A DNA stretch of 51,669 bases from Octopus bimaculoides (taxonomy: Eukaryota). The stretch spans positions 113,552,314-113,603,982 of the forward strand of contig NC_068984.1 of the NCBI RefSeq assembly GCF_001194135.2, read 5' to 3'. The notes below the pieces were generated by a model. The model saw only the letters and a list, made by a program, of their open reading frames with translations, did not search any database and was not told the DNA's origin. Below are positions 48,659 to 51,669 of this stretch, piece by piece (position 1 is the stretch's first letter; each line of letters begins with the position of its first letter). The position numbers were made by a program, and so were the translations under genes.

Positions 48659-49490
48659 CGTGGTCCGAGCAATAAGTATCGGGACTGTTGCCATAGTAAT
48701 GAAGATGCGCATGCGCACTAAGTTTTATCATACTAGCTCACTTCTGCTGTTTACAGCAGTGCTTGAAGGAAGGTGTGTAGTATGTAATCGTCGCATTAAC
48801 CATAACAGAGAAAGTTGAGCAGAGAATCTCCATCAAATTTTGCTAAAAGCTTGGCTATACCTGTTCAGAGGCCTACGCAAAATTTTCAAAAGTTCCCATT
48901 GCTCTCGACACAATCAAGATCTTATGCAACTGACACCGGAGTGTCTTTTTGGTTAGCTAAAAGCAGTTTGGGCACAAACTTGAAAGGAACGTGTCTCGTA
49001 CCCAAATCGTCAGTGATAATTGACGACTGGACTGAACCGTAACTGATCTGATAACCCATTGATGGTGATTCGACTATTTACCCCTAACAGATGCACGCAC
49101 ATCTACGATGTTTTTCTAAGTTTTGTTGGTTTTAGGTCTCCGAGAACGTTCGTCAATATCGACATTTTTTCGGTCTTCTTGGAAACGATTAAACCACTCG
49201 TACACTTGTATGCGTCTGATACACTCTTCTCCAAACACTTTCTGCAAATTTGCGTAGGCCTCTGAGCAAGTATCGCAATGACAACTTTTTTCGGTCATGA
49301 TCAATGAGACGATCACGTTACACATACTCCATCCAAGCATTGCTGTAAACAGCGGAAGTGAGCTAGGACGTTAAAACTAAGTGCACATGCGCAGCAAAGT
49401 TCAAGGTCAATCTATGCCATGCGGTTTTATTCTGCGTGCTTTGGTTTCGTTACTATGGCACCAGTCCGGATACTTATTGATCAGGTCTCG
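48659..49490. mobile_element. Non-autonomous mariner derivative with two inverted left ends
   Basis: 45 bp TIRs 37/45 identical with TA on both sides. Minus strand encodes CSEAYANLQKVFGEECIRRIQVYEWFNRFQEDRKNVDIDERSRRP and IITDDLGTRHVPFKFVPKLL; plus strand encodes TEKVEQRISIKFC*KLGYTCSEAYAK. Confidence 0.9.
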
Positions 49491-49527
49491 TATATATGTG
49501 TGTGTGTATATATACATATATATATAT

Positions 49528-49584
<57 letters not shown>

Positions 49585-49979
49585 NNNNNNNNNNGGCACC
49601 AGTCCGGATACTTATTGATCAGGTCTCGTATATATGTGTGTGTGTATATATACATATATATATATATATATAACAACTTCATGGAAGCACATACAGTCGA
49701 CCATACCCAAACCATTATACTACTGGCACTTATTTTATTCAACTCAGGTGGTGAAAACAATATCTTTCGTGCGATGCGAATGGAAGAATTGAGAGGCTAA
49801 AGTAAAGGCCATAAATTATTTACTCGATCACATACTATAGCTGCCAGTCGCGGGTAAATGTGACCCGCTGAGATATAGCATGCTTTCACTAGCTGCTTTA
49901 GAGAACTGTAGTTCCATTCAGATATAAATACGCTCTCGGCTGCTCCATTCGTGCACCACCTGGTCTTGGAAAAAACATA

Positions 49980-50152
49980 TGCTTGAAAGGAAAATGGTTT
50001 GATCAGTACTCTACTGGTACTCGTTTGTAGCCGAGTAAATAGCAGCAACGCGAAATGAAGATTCATGCTGAAGGACACAACATACTGTCCGGTTCGAGAA
50101 TCAAACTAACGACCTTAATATTGTGTACCAAGCACTCCTAACCATTAGTCCA
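49980..50152 (-). mobile_element. Degenerate SINE family D-like
   Basis: rc ggactaatggttaggagtgc...gtttgattctc...gttgtgtccttcagcatg...catttcgcgttgct. Confidence 0.55.
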
Positions 50153-50214
50153 AATACACACATCACATGACAGTGTTTTCACACAGTACGCATATAATAT
50201 TTTTACACAACCAT

Positions 50215-50432
50215 AAAGCGGTGAGCTGGCAGAATCGTTAGCACGCCTGGCGAAATGCTTAGCGGTATTTCGTCTGCTGCTACGTTCTGAGTTCAAATTC
50301 CGCCGAGGTCGACTTTACCTTTCATCCTTTCAGGGTCGATAAATTAAGTACCAGTTGAGCAGTGGGGTCGATGTAATCGACTATTCCCCCTCCCCAAAAT
50401 TCCAGGCCTTGTACTTAGAGAAGAATGGAATA
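50215..50432 (+). mobile_element. SINE family B, full length, near consensus
   Basis: gcggtgagctggcagaatcgttagcacg...gagttcaaattccgccgaggtcgac. Confidence 0.9.
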
Positions 50433-50935
50433 TTTTGTATAGCCATCCATTAATTTGACGACAACTGAAGAGAGAAATTAAAATGACATCATAAAATACA
50501 TCATCAACAAAAATTCTTAAATATCTGATACACAGAAGACCACTCGTTTTAACAATTCAATATTGACTGGTAATTATTTTATTAGCAACTTTGGAGAATA
50601 TGATTAGAACGCTAATCTCCGCAGAATTTGACATTTAGAATATTGAGAGATGCATCTAAAAAATAATCTGCTGATTCTAGTGCTCCAGTGTTTTTTTTTT
50701 TCTGCATGGGTAATTCGAATCAGACACGTTTATGTTTTAATGAATATTCATATATTGTATCGTGAATAAAACACCAGTGTTAACAGCAACACGTGTTTTA
50801 ATATGTTTATACACATACGCACACACAGACACACGCACCCACAGACACTCGCACACACACATATATATATATATAGTAAGTAATTTATGTGTGTTTTTGT
50901 ATGTGTGTGTGTGTACATACGTATGTATGCATATA

Positions 50936-51173
50936 CAGTAATTCCTCGCCATATCGCGGAACATCGATCGCGGTTCACCTTTCGCGGTTTATTATTTAAG
51001 CTTACGTCGATTCCTCTATCGTGTTGTTTTGCATTTACAATAAAATAACTAATAACAAATTATAAAGGTAATAAAAAATATATACGCAGTACAGTGTTGT
51101 TTCTACTTCGCAGATTTTCACCTATCGCGCGGGGTTTTGGAACATAAAAGCTGCGATAGTCGAAGGGTTACTG
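50936..51173. mobile_element. pogo/Tigger-type MITE with TA TSD
   Basis: TA|cagtaattcctcgccatatcgc ... gcgatagtcgaagggttactg|TA. Confidence 0.85.
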
Positions 51174-51449
51174 TATGTATGTATTATGTATGCAGTACTT
51201 TGGCGAGGCTAAACATATTCCACACACTGTTATTCAAAGATTCACGTGACCAGTTCAACTGCCTGATGATCAGTTACGTGAAGCTCTGAGTAACAGGTTG
51301 TGAAGTATTTTCAGCTTCAGTAAAATAGTATATATCTCTACATTCGGTATTCGAGTATCACTTTGATTTACACCTATGTTCTCACATGTGTGCGTTTATA
51401 GGTATGTGTGTATCTGTGTATGCTTGTATGTATATTTGTATATATACTT

Positions 51450-51669
51450 TTTTATTCTTTTACTTGTTTCAGTCATTTGACTGCGGTCATGCTGGAGCAC
51501 CAACTTTAGTCGAAGAAAGCGACCCCAGGACTTATTCTTTGTAAGCCTAGTACTTAGTATATCCTACTCTTTTGCCGAACCGCTAAGTTACAGGGATGTA
51601 AACACACCAACATCGGTTTTCAAGCCGTGGTGGGGGGAATGAACAGAGACACACAAATACATGTGTATA
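51450..51669 (-). mobile_element. SINE family A tail and body (runs off the window)
   Basis: cttttacttgtttcagtcatttgactgcggtcatgctggagcac... Confidence 0.88.

Noticed and set aside
49457-49670. Apparent second mariner TIR after the gap at 49585-49594
   Set aside because: Exact copy of the sequence before the gap; assembly artefact, not a second end

Overview
AT-rich, microsatellite-saturated eukaryotic DNA with several N gaps. No intact protein-coding gene, tRNA/rRNA gene or CRISPR array can be supported. Most ORFs in the supplied track are translations of (TA)n, (TG)n, (ATT)n or (GATA)n tracts. The repeat complement resembles an octopus/coleoid cephalopod genome (inference, not verified). 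Content by class: (1) four recurring SINE families with tRNA-like heads, labelled A, B, D and E here, several with clear target-site duplications; (2) Penelope-like element remnants: RT with YVDD, GIY-YIG, and two terminal minimal hammerhead motifs; (3) a CR1-type LINE 3' end, an internally deleted Gypsy (zinc knuckle, protease, integrase) and an R4/Dong-like 3' end inside an (ATT/ATC)n nest; (4) mariner and pogo/Tigger derivatives, MITEs, and two long near-perfect palindromes. Best leads: a complete type I hammerhead ribozyme topology at 16244-16293 outside any recognisable element and bracketed by a diverged inverted repeat; two Penelope-type hammerheads with compensatory stem I changes; a mariner made of two left ends; a microsatellite-targeted retroelement nest; and + strand splice-like signals (candidate microexon, candidate recursive splice site) that may belong to a long-intron host gene. 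All calls come from manual reading; no searches or folding were run.
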